Shown one piece after another: positions 9,592 to 17,895 of a DNA stretch of 33,811 nt (its first letter is position 1; the number at the start of each line of letters is the position of its first letter). This DNA is from Candidatus Hadarchaeota archaeon (GTDB lineage: Archaea > CAYQAE01 > CAYVLA01): contig CAYVLA010000027.1 in the NCBI GenBank assembly GCA_964452145.1, forward strand, positions 1-33,811. The letters are read 5' to 3'. The position numbers were made by a program, and so were the translations under genes. The notes below the pieces were generated by a model. The model was given only the letters and a program-made list of their open reading frames with translations. It was not told the origin of the DNA and did not search any database.

Positions 9592-10398
9592 TTGCCTAGG
9601 GGAAGACTATACCGTTTCGAGAAGAAGATGATGCTTGACCAGCTCAAGCAGGAAAGGCTTGAGAGGGACATCGACGAGTTCAAGATCTTCAGCGAGGTCT
9701 TTGATGCATCAACGCTCATGGTGATATACGATCTTCTGAACACGGGCAAGATCTCAGCCGTCCACGGCTGCATAAAGATGGGTAAGGAAGCCTGCATCCA
9801 CTTGGCGGAGTCCAAGGGCCGGGTCGTCATCCTGAAGATCTACAGGATCGCCACATCCGATTTCCGAAGCATGTGGCAGTACTTGCAGGGGGACCCTCGA
9901 TTCGGGAAGCTCGGGCGGAATAGGAGACAGGTGATATGCTCATGGGCCTCACGGGAGTTCCGCAACCTCGGGGCGGCATACGAGGCCGGATGCAAGTGTC
10001 CCCGCCCCATCGCCTTCCGGAAGAACGTCCTGATTATGCAGTGTATCAAGAGGAAGCGCTTTCCTGCCCCGAGGCTGATCGACATCGAGTGCACTGAACT
10101 GCTACCTGTATTCCAATCCGTCGTGGCAAGCTACGAGGCCCTCTATCGCAAAGCGGGAATGGTTCACGGTGATCTCTCGGCATACAACATTCTGATGAGT
10201 GACGAAGGCCCGGTCCTAATCGATTTCTCCCAAGGCACCGTGACGGATAACCCGAAGGCCGTCAACCTGCTTTTCAGAGATATGGAGACCCTTCTTCCGT
10301 ACTTCAGGAAGGCGGGCGTGCAGATGACCGAACAGGAGCTGGCAGAGAGGATAAGCGGCAAGCAGGGGATCTCGCCCGATAACACCCTCGTCATCTGA
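9592..10398 (+). CDS. rio1: RIO1-family atypical protein kinase
   Basis: EVFD..T, GKEA, KIYR, Y..GDPRF, W...EFRNL, HGDLS.YNIL, IDFSQ. Confidence 0.93.
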   Translation: MPRGRLYRFEKKMMLDQLKQERLERDIDEFKIFSEVFDASTLMVIYDLLNTGKISAVHGCIKMGKEACIHLAESKGRVVILKIYRIATSDFRSMWQYLQGDPRFGKLGRNRRQVICSWASREFRNLGAAYEAGCKCPRPIAFRKNVLIMQCIKRKRFPAPRLIDIECTELLPVFQSVVASYEALYRKAGMVHGDLSAYNILMSDEGPVLIDFSQGTVTDNPKAVNLLFRDMETLLPYFRKAGVQMTEQELAERISGKQGISPDNTLVI

Positions 10399-10990
10399 GC
10401 TCGAAGACATCCAGAACTGCCTGGGCCGCAATCTCCGCGTTCTGGTACACGTAGTCCTCCACATCGCGATCAACGACGACCTTCAGGGTCGCTCCTGATA
10501 TGGCAGAGTAGCTGGCGGCATAGGAGCGGTTCAGATCCTGCTGAATGGCGATTGCGGAGACCTCCTCCTCATCCCTCTTCGATCTCACCCCGCTGGATCG
10601 ATCCTTGTTCCGCCTCTCGACCACGGAAGCCGGGTTGACCTCTCTCACCACTATGGCATGGGGTTTCAGCCTCTGCAGAACCTCGAACGGAAGCCCGGGG
10701 AAGTACCCGGCGGGCGAGTTGACGGTGCAATGGGTGTCCACGATAACGTTCTCACCGAGCTTGGCTATCTCGGAGGAGATCGCGTCGGCCGCCTTCCTCT
10801 GCATGGCACGGGAGACCTCGATGCTGATTCTCTTCCGCATGTCGTCCCTGTCCTTGACTATGCCGGACTCCTTGGCGATTCGAAACATGAAGTCCCCGAA
10901 GTTCAATACGGATACCTCCATCTTCTTCCGGACGATATCGATGACCTTTCCCTTGCCGCATCCCGGGACTCCGGTCAGGATCACTATCAT
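10391..10990 (-). CDS. adkA: Archaeal-type adenylate kinase
   Basis: GVPGCGK P-loop, NFGD.M, RDDMRK, VDTH, GYFPGLP; AGGTGA SD before ATG 10990. Confidence 0.88.
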   Translation of the reverse strand: MIVILTGVPGCGKGKVIDIVRKKMEVSVLNFGDFMFRIAKESGIVKDRDDMRKRISIEVSRAMQRKAADAISSEIAKLGENVIVDTHCTVNSPAGYFPGLPFEVLQRLKPHAIVVREVNPASVVERRNKDRSSGVRSKRDEEEVSAIAIQQDLNRSYAASYSAISGATLKVVVDRDVEDYVYQNAEIAAQAVLDVFELR

Positions 10991-11176
10991 GGCATCACCT
11001 TGGACGGTCCTTCCCACTTGATCTATAAATGTGACAGCCGGTCGCAGGTCGCAGGCGTTGAATGACGGTCAAGAGGTTTTCCTCCGCCTTCACGCAGGCT
11101 GATTCGCGGCCAGGCGAAGCCAGTCACCGAAGCCGAGATCCCAGGCCAGAACCCAACCCCAAACGCCCAAGTAATC

Positions 11177-11184
11177 TTTATATT
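11177..11184 (+). promoter_or_regulatory. Putative TATA box upstream of the small membrane protein and que cluster
   Basis: TTTATATT; a GAGGT SD-like sequence precedes TTG 11236. Confidence 0.55.
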
Positions 11185-11235
11185 CATTAGGCCCATACAC
11201 GTTGCACCCCTTTTCCCTTCCCAGAGGTAGATTGT

Positions 11236-11466
11236 TTGAGGAGGCCCCTTGTCACCGTATACCTGGTAGTGATCAGCGTCTTTCTCATAATATCCGCACC
11301 CTTCTTCGCCATCCTGGCCTACCAGATGATTCGAGACAGCCAGCTCACCGTGCTGGATAACATATTCCTCATCGTGATCGTTTTCTGCTTTCCGATCGTG
11401 CTGCTCCTCGCCGTGGGCCTTCTCCGACCCCAGATCAAGGACCTGATGAGAAGGGGCGGGCTATAG
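11236..11466 (+). CDS. Small two-TM-helix membrane protein, hypothetical
   Basis: 76 aa, two long hydrophobic segments with basic termini; TATA and SD upstream. Confidence 0.7.
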   Translation: MRRPLVTVYLVVISVFLIISAPFFAILAYQMIRDSQLTVLDNIFLIVIVFCFPIVLLLAVGLLRPQIKDLMRRGGL

Positions 11467-11581
11467 GCGAGTTCCACCCGAAATGGTTGGGCCGAATCGG
11501 TGGGAGGTTTCCCGGGCATTCGTTCCCACCAGGCAAAGTTATCAGCATGGAGTAGGGATACTTCCTAGGGATGACAGGCCA

Positions 11582-12301
11582 ATGCCCGCTTCTGACGCGA
11601 TTGCACTGGTCCTCTTTTCGGGGGGACTAGATTCCGCGGTCGCCCTGTGGTGGGCAATGACAAGAGGATATCGCCAAGTCAAGTCGATCACGTTTTCGTA
11701 TGGCTCGAAGGAGGAGTCAGTCGGCCTTCCGTGCGTGAGATCGGTCGCCCGCATGGCCGGTGTGGAGAACATCGTCATCCAATTGGACCCGCTGCGTTCC
11801 ATTGCCCGCGCGAGCTCGGCGCTTGTGGACCCATCTAGGGCCATCCCGCCGGGGGTAGATGGCCCTGATCGTCTGGCCACCAAGGCTGCATGGGTTCCGG
11901 CCAGGAACCTCGTCATGTTGTCGATGGCCACATGCTACGCAGAGACCCAGATGCGAAACGTCGACCTGATAGTGGGATTCAACAGGGAAGAAGCCCAAAC
12001 CTTTCCAGACAACTCTGAGGATTTCGTTGAAAGCTTCAACCTCGTCCTGAGAGATGCCGTACTTGCCCACAGGGTTAGGGTTCTGGCCCCTCTTGCCGAC
12101 CTGACCAAATCCGAGATAGTGGCTCTGGCAGCCAAGTTGGGAGTGCCAATCGAATTCTGTTGCTCGTGCTACCAGCCGAAGGGATTCGACGGAAAACGGC
12201 CGATCCACTGCGGCCTTTGCCAAAGCTGCATACTGAGAAGTCGCGGGTTCCGGTCGGCCGGCATCCCGGACCCCACCTTGTACGAGGTCGAGCCAGCTTG
12301 A
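11582..12301 (+). CDS. queC: 7-cyano-7-deazaguanine synthase
   Basis: LFSGGLDS PP-loop, WVPARN, FPDNS, K.EIV, SCY..HCGLCQSC..R Zn site; ATG 11582 chosen over the ORF-track start. Confidence 0.95.
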   Translation: MPASDAIALVLFSGGLDSAVALWWAMTRGYRQVKSITFSYGSKEESVGLPCVRSVARMAGVENIVIQLDPLRSIARASSALVDPSRAIPPGVDGPDRLATKAAWVPARNLVMLSMATCYAETQMRNVDLIVGFNREEAQTFPDNSEDFVESFNLVLRDAVLAHRVRVLAPLADLTKSEIVALAAKLGVPIEFCCSCYQPKGFDGKRPIHCGLCQSCILRSRGFRSAGIPDPTLYEVEPA

Positions 12302-13101
12302 TGGAGAGAGGCTATGTCTGCGAGGTCTTCTCCAGCTATCAGGGGGAGGGCGGCAGCGTTCGGGGCAGCTGCTACGGGAAGAGACAGGTCTTTGTGAGGT
12401 TTGCTGGATGCAATCTCGCATCTGGCGAGATGGGCACCGAGGGATGCGTGTTCTGTGATTCCCCGCACGCCAAGCTGTTGAAGATGCCTGAAGTCCGGTT
12501 GGAACTCCGTCCGGGAAGCAAGAAGTTTGCCCAGGCACCAAACCCGGCGGACCCCCGCCTCATCGCGGGGGTGGTCGAGAAGCTGTCGACCCGGGACGTG
12601 CACTCCGTAAGCATCACTGGGGGAGAACCTCTTTGGCAACCGTCCTTCCTCAGATGCCTGGCATGCGAGCTTAGGGACCGCGGAAGGAAACTGTACCTGG
12701 AGACCAATGGCTCGCTTCCCTCGAAGCTTTCCGGGGTGGCTGAGCTGTTCGATTCCGCGTGCGTCGATATCAAAGATAGATCGTCCCAGGCCGCCCGGCC
12801 GTGGTCGAAGCTTGTTGATCGTGAGATCGAAAGCATCAGGCTGCTGAAGGCATGCGGGGCAGCCACCTTCGCCAAGGTCGTGGTGACCGCGTCCAGCAGG
12901 CCCCACACCATCGATCTCATATCCAGCAGGCTCGCGGCTCTGGACTGTCCCTTGGCAATCCAACCCGTCACGCCTGTGGGACCCGTAGTGAGGCCATCCC
13001 CCGATCTGCTGTTTCGGCTGACACAGGCGGCTGCGAAGCATTTACAACCCGATGATATCACGCTTTCCCTGCAGACACACAGGTTCATAGATCTGCCCTA
13101 G
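12301..13101 (+). CDS. queE: 7-carboxy-7-deazaguanine synthase (radical SAM)
   Basis: EVFSSYQGEG, FVRFAGCNL..CVFCD, ITGGEPL, LETNG, QPVT, QTH; TGATG overlap with queC. Confidence 0.94.
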   Translation: MERGYVCEVFSSYQGEGGSVRGSCYGKRQVFVRFAGCNLASGEMGTEGCVFCDSPHAKLLKMPEVRLELRPGSKKFAQAPNPADPRLIAGVVEKLSTRDVHSVSITGGEPLWQPSFLRCLACELRDRGRKLYLETNGSLPSKLSGVAELFDSACVDIKDRSSQAARPWSKLVDREIESIRLLKACGAATFAKVVVTASSRPHTIDLISSRLAALDCPLAIQPVTPVGPVVRPSPDLLFRLTQAAAKHLQPDDITLSLQTHRFIDLP

Positions 13102-13110
13102 GCGGTTCGA

Positions 13111-13905
13111 ATGGCCAACGGAGAACAGACCCAGGACAGGAAACCTCGGGTCATGGAGAGGATAGACAGAGTCGGCGTGGAGAACGTCAGGACTCACCTG
13201 AAGATAGAGCGGGACGGCCAGACTCTGTTCCACCTTCCTTTGATCGACGTCTTCATAGACCTGCAAGAGGACAGAAAGGGGATCCACATGTCTCGGATCA
13301 TCGAGACCATCAATGATGTGGTTTCCCGGAAGCACAGAGACCCCAGTTTGGAGAAGGTGGGCTACGACATCCTCCAAGGCATAGCCAGGCGGCACGACTA
13401 CCTGCGCGGCGAGGTCAGGATCAAGACCCATCTTCTGATCCCGAGAGCCACCCCGGTCTCCGGGAAGCGAACCTATGAGTCCTATGACATCCTCGTCAAG
13501 GTCTCCAGAGACGGCGGGTTCAAAAAGTATCTGGAGGTCACCGCATTGGGCAACACTCTGTGCCCTCATAGCCTCGACCTGACTGGCGGCAAGTCACACA
13601 TCCAGCGGGCCCAGTTGACATTCGGGATCGAAACGGGGCTTGAAGCAGCGATAGAGCTTAGAGATATGGCGGACATCTGCGACAGCTGCTTCTCCAGCCC
13701 CACATACATGGTCGTCAAAGGTGAGGATGAGAGGTACCTGGTGGAGCGGATGTTTGCCAATCCCAAGTTCGTTGAAGATCTGGCCCGGGACTGCCTGAAA
13801 AAGGCTCGGGCTTTGGGCGTTTCGGGTAAGACGACCATAAGGGCCAAGACCTTCGAGTCGATCCACAAGCACGACGCCGTCTGTGAGATTGAGAGGGAGA
13901 TCTGA
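13111..13905 (+). CDS. folE2: GTP cyclohydrolase IB family (FolE2/MptA)
   Basis: IDRVGV, KGIHMSR, TLCP, H.QR, K..DE, NPKFVED..R, ESIH.H.A; exact subtype (FolE2 or MptA) not resolved. Confidence 0.92.
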   Translation: MANGEQTQDRKPRVMERIDRVGVENVRTHLKIERDGQTLFHLPLIDVFIDLQEDRKGIHMSRIIETINDVVSRKHRDPSLEKVGYDILQGIARRHDYLRGEVRIKTHLLIPRATPVSGKRTYESYDILVKVSRDGGFKKYLEVTALGNTLCPHSLDLTGGKSHIQRAQLTFGIETGLEAAIELRDMADICDSCFSSPTYMVVKGEDERYLVERMFANPKFVEDLARDCLKKARALGVSGKTTIRAKTFESIHKHDAVCEIEREI

Positions 13906-14543
13906 TGGCACCGACCAGACACGGCCTCTGCAGAGTCGGCACATACTTCCCGGTCACGCTATTCAGATGGAGCGCTAGACATACCTACGCAGGGGATGAG
14001 GTCAACCATCTCTGGTTCTCTGACATCCTTGGTCCTGACTCGTATGGCAACCTCGTGGTGATCTGGAGGGGACCCATGGACGTCAAGCTGGAGAACATCA
14101 GGGACCAGGCTGAGCGAGTTGGGTGGCAGAAGGGCGCCAGGATCAGCGGGCCCGATCTGTTACACGTCATCGCCGAGTTCCCCCAGATAGGCAGCCAGCT
14201 ATCGCTGATGTACGCTTTTCAGGCCCTGCTGGCCGACGAACTGGCCTCCGAGGTGAGCCGAATGGGAGCCGAGGCAACGGTTCGGGGCACGGATATCTAC
14301 ATCAAGGACGGGAAGCTGAACGTCGGCGTCTGTGCCGCGAACCCAACATCCTGTACGATGCACTTCGGGGTTAACATGGGTCTGACCGGATCGCCCCCAA
14401 TCCCTGAGCGGGTGAGGGCATTCTGCCTCCTTGACCTGACCGGGGGGGATGAGGCAAAGGCGGTCAAGGCCATGGATGATGTGGTGTTGAGGTGGCTCTC
14501 ACGAGTTGACGGAATCTACCTGAAGGCCTACAAGACGGTCTAG
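13905..14543 (+). CDS. DUF366-family protein (biotin/lipoate-ligase-like fold), function unknown
   Basis: Y.G....HLW, VIWRGPMDV, DLLHVIAE, Q.LL, G.DIY..DGKLNV and HFGVN match my recollection of the DUF366 pattern; TGATG overlap with folE2. Confidence 0.75.
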   Translation: MAPTRHGLCRVGTYFPVTLFRWSARHTYAGDEVNHLWFSDILGPDSYGNLVVIWRGPMDVKLENIRDQAERVGWQKGARISGPDLLHVIAEFPQIGSQLSLMYAFQALLADELASEVSRMGAEATVRGTDIYIKDGKLNVGVCAANPTSCTMHFGVNMGLTGSPPIPERVRAFCLLDLTGGDEAKAVKAMDDVVLRWLSRVDGIYLKAYKTV

Positions 14544-14552
14544 GCGATGTGA

Positions 14553-15011
14553 ATGCACTCGATATATGTCTGCAAACCGTGCCTCAGATTCAGCGCGGCG
14601 CATTTCCTTGTGAGCCACGAGAAGTGCGGCAGAATGCACGGCCACAACTACAAAGTCAGGGTGAGAGTGCGAGGGGAACCCGGCCGGACCGGAATCATCA
14701 TCGACTTCCACGCACTCGTGAAACGCGTTCTCGCTATATGCGGTGACCTTGACCACAAGATGATCGTTCCACAGCTCGCAGCCGACATCACGGTGCAGTC
14801 CCGGGGAGAACAGGTGAGGATCATCATGGCAGATCGGTTCTATGAGCTACCTTCCCGCGACGTGGCAATGCTTCCCATCCCGGCATCCACCGCGGAGTCC
14901 TTGGCCGAGTACTTCTTCAACCGCCTCAATGAGGAGTTGAGCGGGTTGGAGGAAGTCGAGATAGAGGAAAGCCCCGGCTCAGTCGCCTGCTATCGCGGCG
15001 AGGGGCATTGA
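14553..15011 (+). CDS. queD: 6-carboxy-5,6,7,8-tetrahydropterin synthase
   Basis: FSAAH, CxxxHGHNY (PTPS-I type), IDF, LDHK, STAE.LA, EES. Confidence 0.93.
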   Translation: MHSIYVCKPCLRFSAAHFLVSHEKCGRMHGHNYKVRVRVRGEPGRTGIIIDFHALVKRVLAICGDLDHKMIVPQLAADITVQSRGEQVRIIMADRFYELPSRDVAMLPIPASTAESLAEYFFNRLNEELSGLEEVEIEESPGSVACYRGEGH

Positions 15012-15820
15012 CCCTGACTGGGGGAGGCAAGGCCGAAAAGCTCCCTAGCGTTCCTGCCGAGTATGTCGAGCTTGGCCTCCTCCGAGATCGGGGCGTAGAC
15101 GATCTTCCCGACCTGCGCGATGGGATCTATGAAAGGCGTGTCCGATCCGAAGACTATCCGCTTGCTGCCAAGCGCCTCAACTAGCAGCTCCACCGTCCTG
15201 AAGGTCATGGACCCCGTCGTGTCGAGCCAGACGTTATCGCTGCTTCGGGCGGCTTCGACCGCCTCCCCCACGGCACTCCTAGTCCCGCCTGAGTGGATCA
15301 ACACGAACTTCGTCTCGGGGTACTCACGCCCCAGCTCTCCGTACATCTTCGGGCTGCATCGCTTGTCGCCAAACCATGTATGGGTGGTCACGGGGAGGCC
15401 CTTCTTCCCGGCGACCTCGTAAACCGTCCTGTAATGCTCCCCGTCCGCGGGGTAGTCGTGAGCAGAGGGATGGAGCTTGATGGCCTTCATCACGCCAGAC
15501 CCGTCAAACCGCTCGATCTCCGACACTATTGACTGGGGATAGTTCGGATTCAGGCAGATGGCTCCAAGGAACCTGCCGGGGAAATCCAGCGCGGCCTTTC
15601 GGGCGATGTCGTTCCCTCTCCTGAAGTCAGGCCCTATGCCGGCATTCGCACCGACGATGCAGGTTTCAATGCCCAGAGCATCCATTGCAACGATCATACC
15701 TTCCGGATCGCTGTACGGAATGTGGAAACAACGGTAAGGCCCCATGTGGGCATGGGAGTCGATGATCCGGGCTTCCGAAAGGGGACGCCCTCTGTTCGCA
15801 AGATCGACTAGGTTGCTCAC
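14990..15820 (-). CDS. Amidohydrolase-family (Amidohydro_2) protein with metal ligands intact
   Basis: IDSHAH, IKLHP, TTHT, LIHSG, FGSDTP. Confidence 0.88.
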   Translation of the reverse strand: MSNLVDLANRGRPLSEARIIDSHAHMGPYRCFHIPYSDPEGMIVAMDALGIETCIVGANAGIGPDFRRGNDIARKAALDFPGRFLGAICLNPNYPQSIVSEIERFDGSGVMKAIKLHPSAHDYPADGEHYRTVYEVAGKKGLPVTTHTWFGDKRCSPKMYGELGREYPETKFVLIHSGGTRSAVGEAVEAARSSDNVWLDTTGSMTFRTVELLVEALGSKRIVFGSDTPFIDPIAQVGKIVYAPISEEAKLDILGRNARELFGLASPSQGQCPSPR

Positions 15821-16560
15821 CCACGGAGCCTCCTGATCAATTCCGCCAGATTCCCGCCGAGGATCATCTCCTTGTCCTTCGGCGCGATCTTCGCGTACCG
15901 GACCATCATGGCCATGGGGCCGCAGGTAAGCTCGGGAGTGCGGCTGGAGAATATCAACCTGCGGGGGCCGAAGCTGTCACAGATGGATTCGATCCCGCGA
16001 TGGGTCTGGTAGCGCGCGGTTTCAATGTAGAGGTTTGAATGGGACTCGAGCAACGGGTAGATGTATCTATCCGATCTATAGGCAACATCCGAAAGTATGA
16101 GCGGAAGATCGGGGTGGTCTGTGCAGATGGATGAGATCTGATCGAAGGTTGTCTGTTCCAAGTCTATCATGAGCGGCATCCTTCGATCCTCCAGCGTCGA
16201 GAGCAGTGCGCCGCATGACCACTCCGAAAGAGAGAAACCATGGTCTTTGGGGAACATCCTGGCGATTACGACCTTCTCCTCAAGCATCTGGCCAACCAGG
16301 GCCCGGGGATCCCCAACCTCCCCTGTGTGTTGGGGAAGGATGACCCATGCCGGCAGAAGCCTGGGTTCCCGCGCCAACACCTGCATCAGCTGTTCGTTTC
16401 CGGTCACCGGATCGTATTCTCGTGCGAGGCTGTGGTAAACGACGGCCTTGTCTATGCTTGCCTGATCCATTTCCGCCTTGAGCACGTCCGCCGTGAATTC
16501 CCTTCCAGCGACGGGAACCGATTCAGGGCCAATCCTGCAGTTGGCATCGATCGACTCCAA
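15817..16560 (-). CDS. Amidohydrolase-family protein with degenerate metal site
   Basis: Same barrel layout (GN..L, HPDLPLIL, NLYIET, GPRRLIFS, ILGGN) but IDANCR, RMFP and FSSRTP replace the ligand motifs; probable TTG start at 16560 (ORF open to 16623); GTGA overlap with the next gene. Confidence 0.8.
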   Translation of the reverse strand: MESIDANCRIGPESVPVAGREFTADVLKAEMDQASIDKAVVYHSLAREYDPVTGNEQLMQVLAREPRLLPAWVILPQHTGEVGDPRALVGQMLEEKVVIARMFPKDHGFSLSEWSCGALLSTLEDRRMPLMIDLEQTTFDQISSICTDHPDLPLILSDVAYRSDRYIYPLLESHSNLYIETARYQTHRGIESICDSFGPRRLIFSSRTPELTCGPMAMMVRYAKIAPKDKEMILGGNLAELIRRLRG

Positions 16561-16770
16561 AGACGATCCGACCGGAACTTTGCTGAGACGTTTAGTTGAT
16601 ATCTCTTGCTTGGCCGAAGGCAAGCCTATGATACCCTGGAAGAATCCGGAAGAAGGCTAGCCTCGACGATCGCCCGCACACTCCTCCGCGGAGGGCAGAG
16701 CCACCGGTTCAAATGGAATAAGAACTCAACGGGGGAGCATATTTCTGGAAGTCTTGAACGCCACTGGGCT

Positions 16771-17895
16771 ATGATCGAGGTGAAGAAGTATCTGAAGATT
16801 CAACGCTACCAGGGGCGATTCCAGGCCTCGGCAGACAGAATCGGCAAGGCTAGGCGATTCGAGGAACCTGACAGGGTGCCGGTTCTGCTATCGACGAACT
16901 ACAGGTTCTCGGAAAGGTTCCACCCGATCAGCATGCGGGAGTACTTTCTTGACCCGAAGAAACAAATCGTGGGCAACCTGATGCACACCGCCTTCATGCT
17001 GAAGAACTTCGACCACGATGTCGAAGGCGTAGGGGGAATGGCCCCCAATTTTCACAACACGGTCGAAGCGAGCGCGTTCGGATGCGAGGTGGTCTTCCCC
17101 GAGCACGACGTGGCAATGGTAAGGTCTCCACTGCTCGACGATATCCGGAAGGTTGACGATCTCCATGTCCCGGATGCCCGCAGGGACGGCCTGATGGCGA
17201 AGTGCTTCGAGTACTGCGAGATATTCAGGAGGGAGCTCGGAGACCAGATGGATGTGAGGGTGGGGGGCAGCTGCGACGGACCCTTCACCCTCGCAACCCA
17301 GTTGGTCGCCCCCAAGCAGATCGTACGGGCAATGTACTCGGATCCCTCGGTGGTCAGAAGGCTCCTAAAACTTTGCACCGAAACTGAGATCGCATGGATC
17401 AAGGAGAGGATGCTCGAGGATGGCGTCGCGGATGAACCGCGTGAGTCCTGGGCCTTCGCGGACGACTCATGCCAGCTGCTCTCGCCCGACATGTACGAGA
17501 AATTCGTCGCCCCGTGCCAACGCAGGATCGTGGATAGATTCAGCAGGGGAAAGGTCAGCGGAGTCCACATGTGCGGACATGTTGCACACTTGATACCCAC
17601 CGTGAAGCGGCTGTTCCGCCCCAAGCAGTGGGACTTTGGGTATCCGATCGATCCTCTCTGGGCAAAGGAGATCATCGGCGAGGAATGCGTACTGATCGGA
17701 AATGTCAGCCCGATCCTCTTGGCGACTGGAACACCAGCTCAGGTCGAGGAGGCCTCGAGGAGATGCATCGAGTCGGTCGCTGGTGGCGGGGGGTACATCC
17801 TCATGGACGGCAACAACATCCCCAGAGCCCCGCTGGAAAACGTCCGCACAATGATCGCTGCGGCACACGAGTACGGCCGGTATCCCTCCAGTTGA
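16771..17895 (+). CDS. Uroporphyrinogen decarboxylase / MtaA-CmuA methyltransferase family protein
   Basis: EPDRVPV, VEASAFG, GPFTLA, LLSPDMYEKF, HMCG, LIGNVSP, GGGYIL; ATG 16771. Confidence 0.85.
   Translation: MIEVKKYLKIQRYQGRFQASADRIGKARRFEEPDRVPVLLSTNYRFSERFHPISMREYFLDPKKQIVGNLMHTAFMLKNFDHDVEGVGGMAPNFHNTVEASAFGCEVVFPEHDVAMVRSPLLDDIRKVDDLHVPDARRDGLMAKCFEYCEIFRRELGDQMDVRVGGSCDGPFTLATQLVAPKQIVRAMYSDPSVVRRLLKLCTETEIAWIKERMLEDGVADEPRESWAFADDSCQLLSPDMYEKFVAPCQRRIVDRFSRGKVSGVHMCGHVAHLIPTVKRLFRPKQWDFGYPIDPLWAKEIIGEECVLIGNVSPILLATGTPAQVEEASRRCIESVAGGGGYILMDGNNIPRAPLENVRTMIAAAHEYGRYPSS

Noticed and set aside
11018..11581. preQ1 riboswitch upstream of the que operon
   Set aside because: No short stem-loop with the characteristic A-rich 3' tail of class I, and nothing resembling class II or III
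11582..15011. dpd-type DNA deazaguanine modification or phage defence island
   Set aside because: No dpdA/tgt-like, helicase or other dpd genes and no mobile-element signs; the housekeeping context favours tRNA archaeosine precursor synthesis
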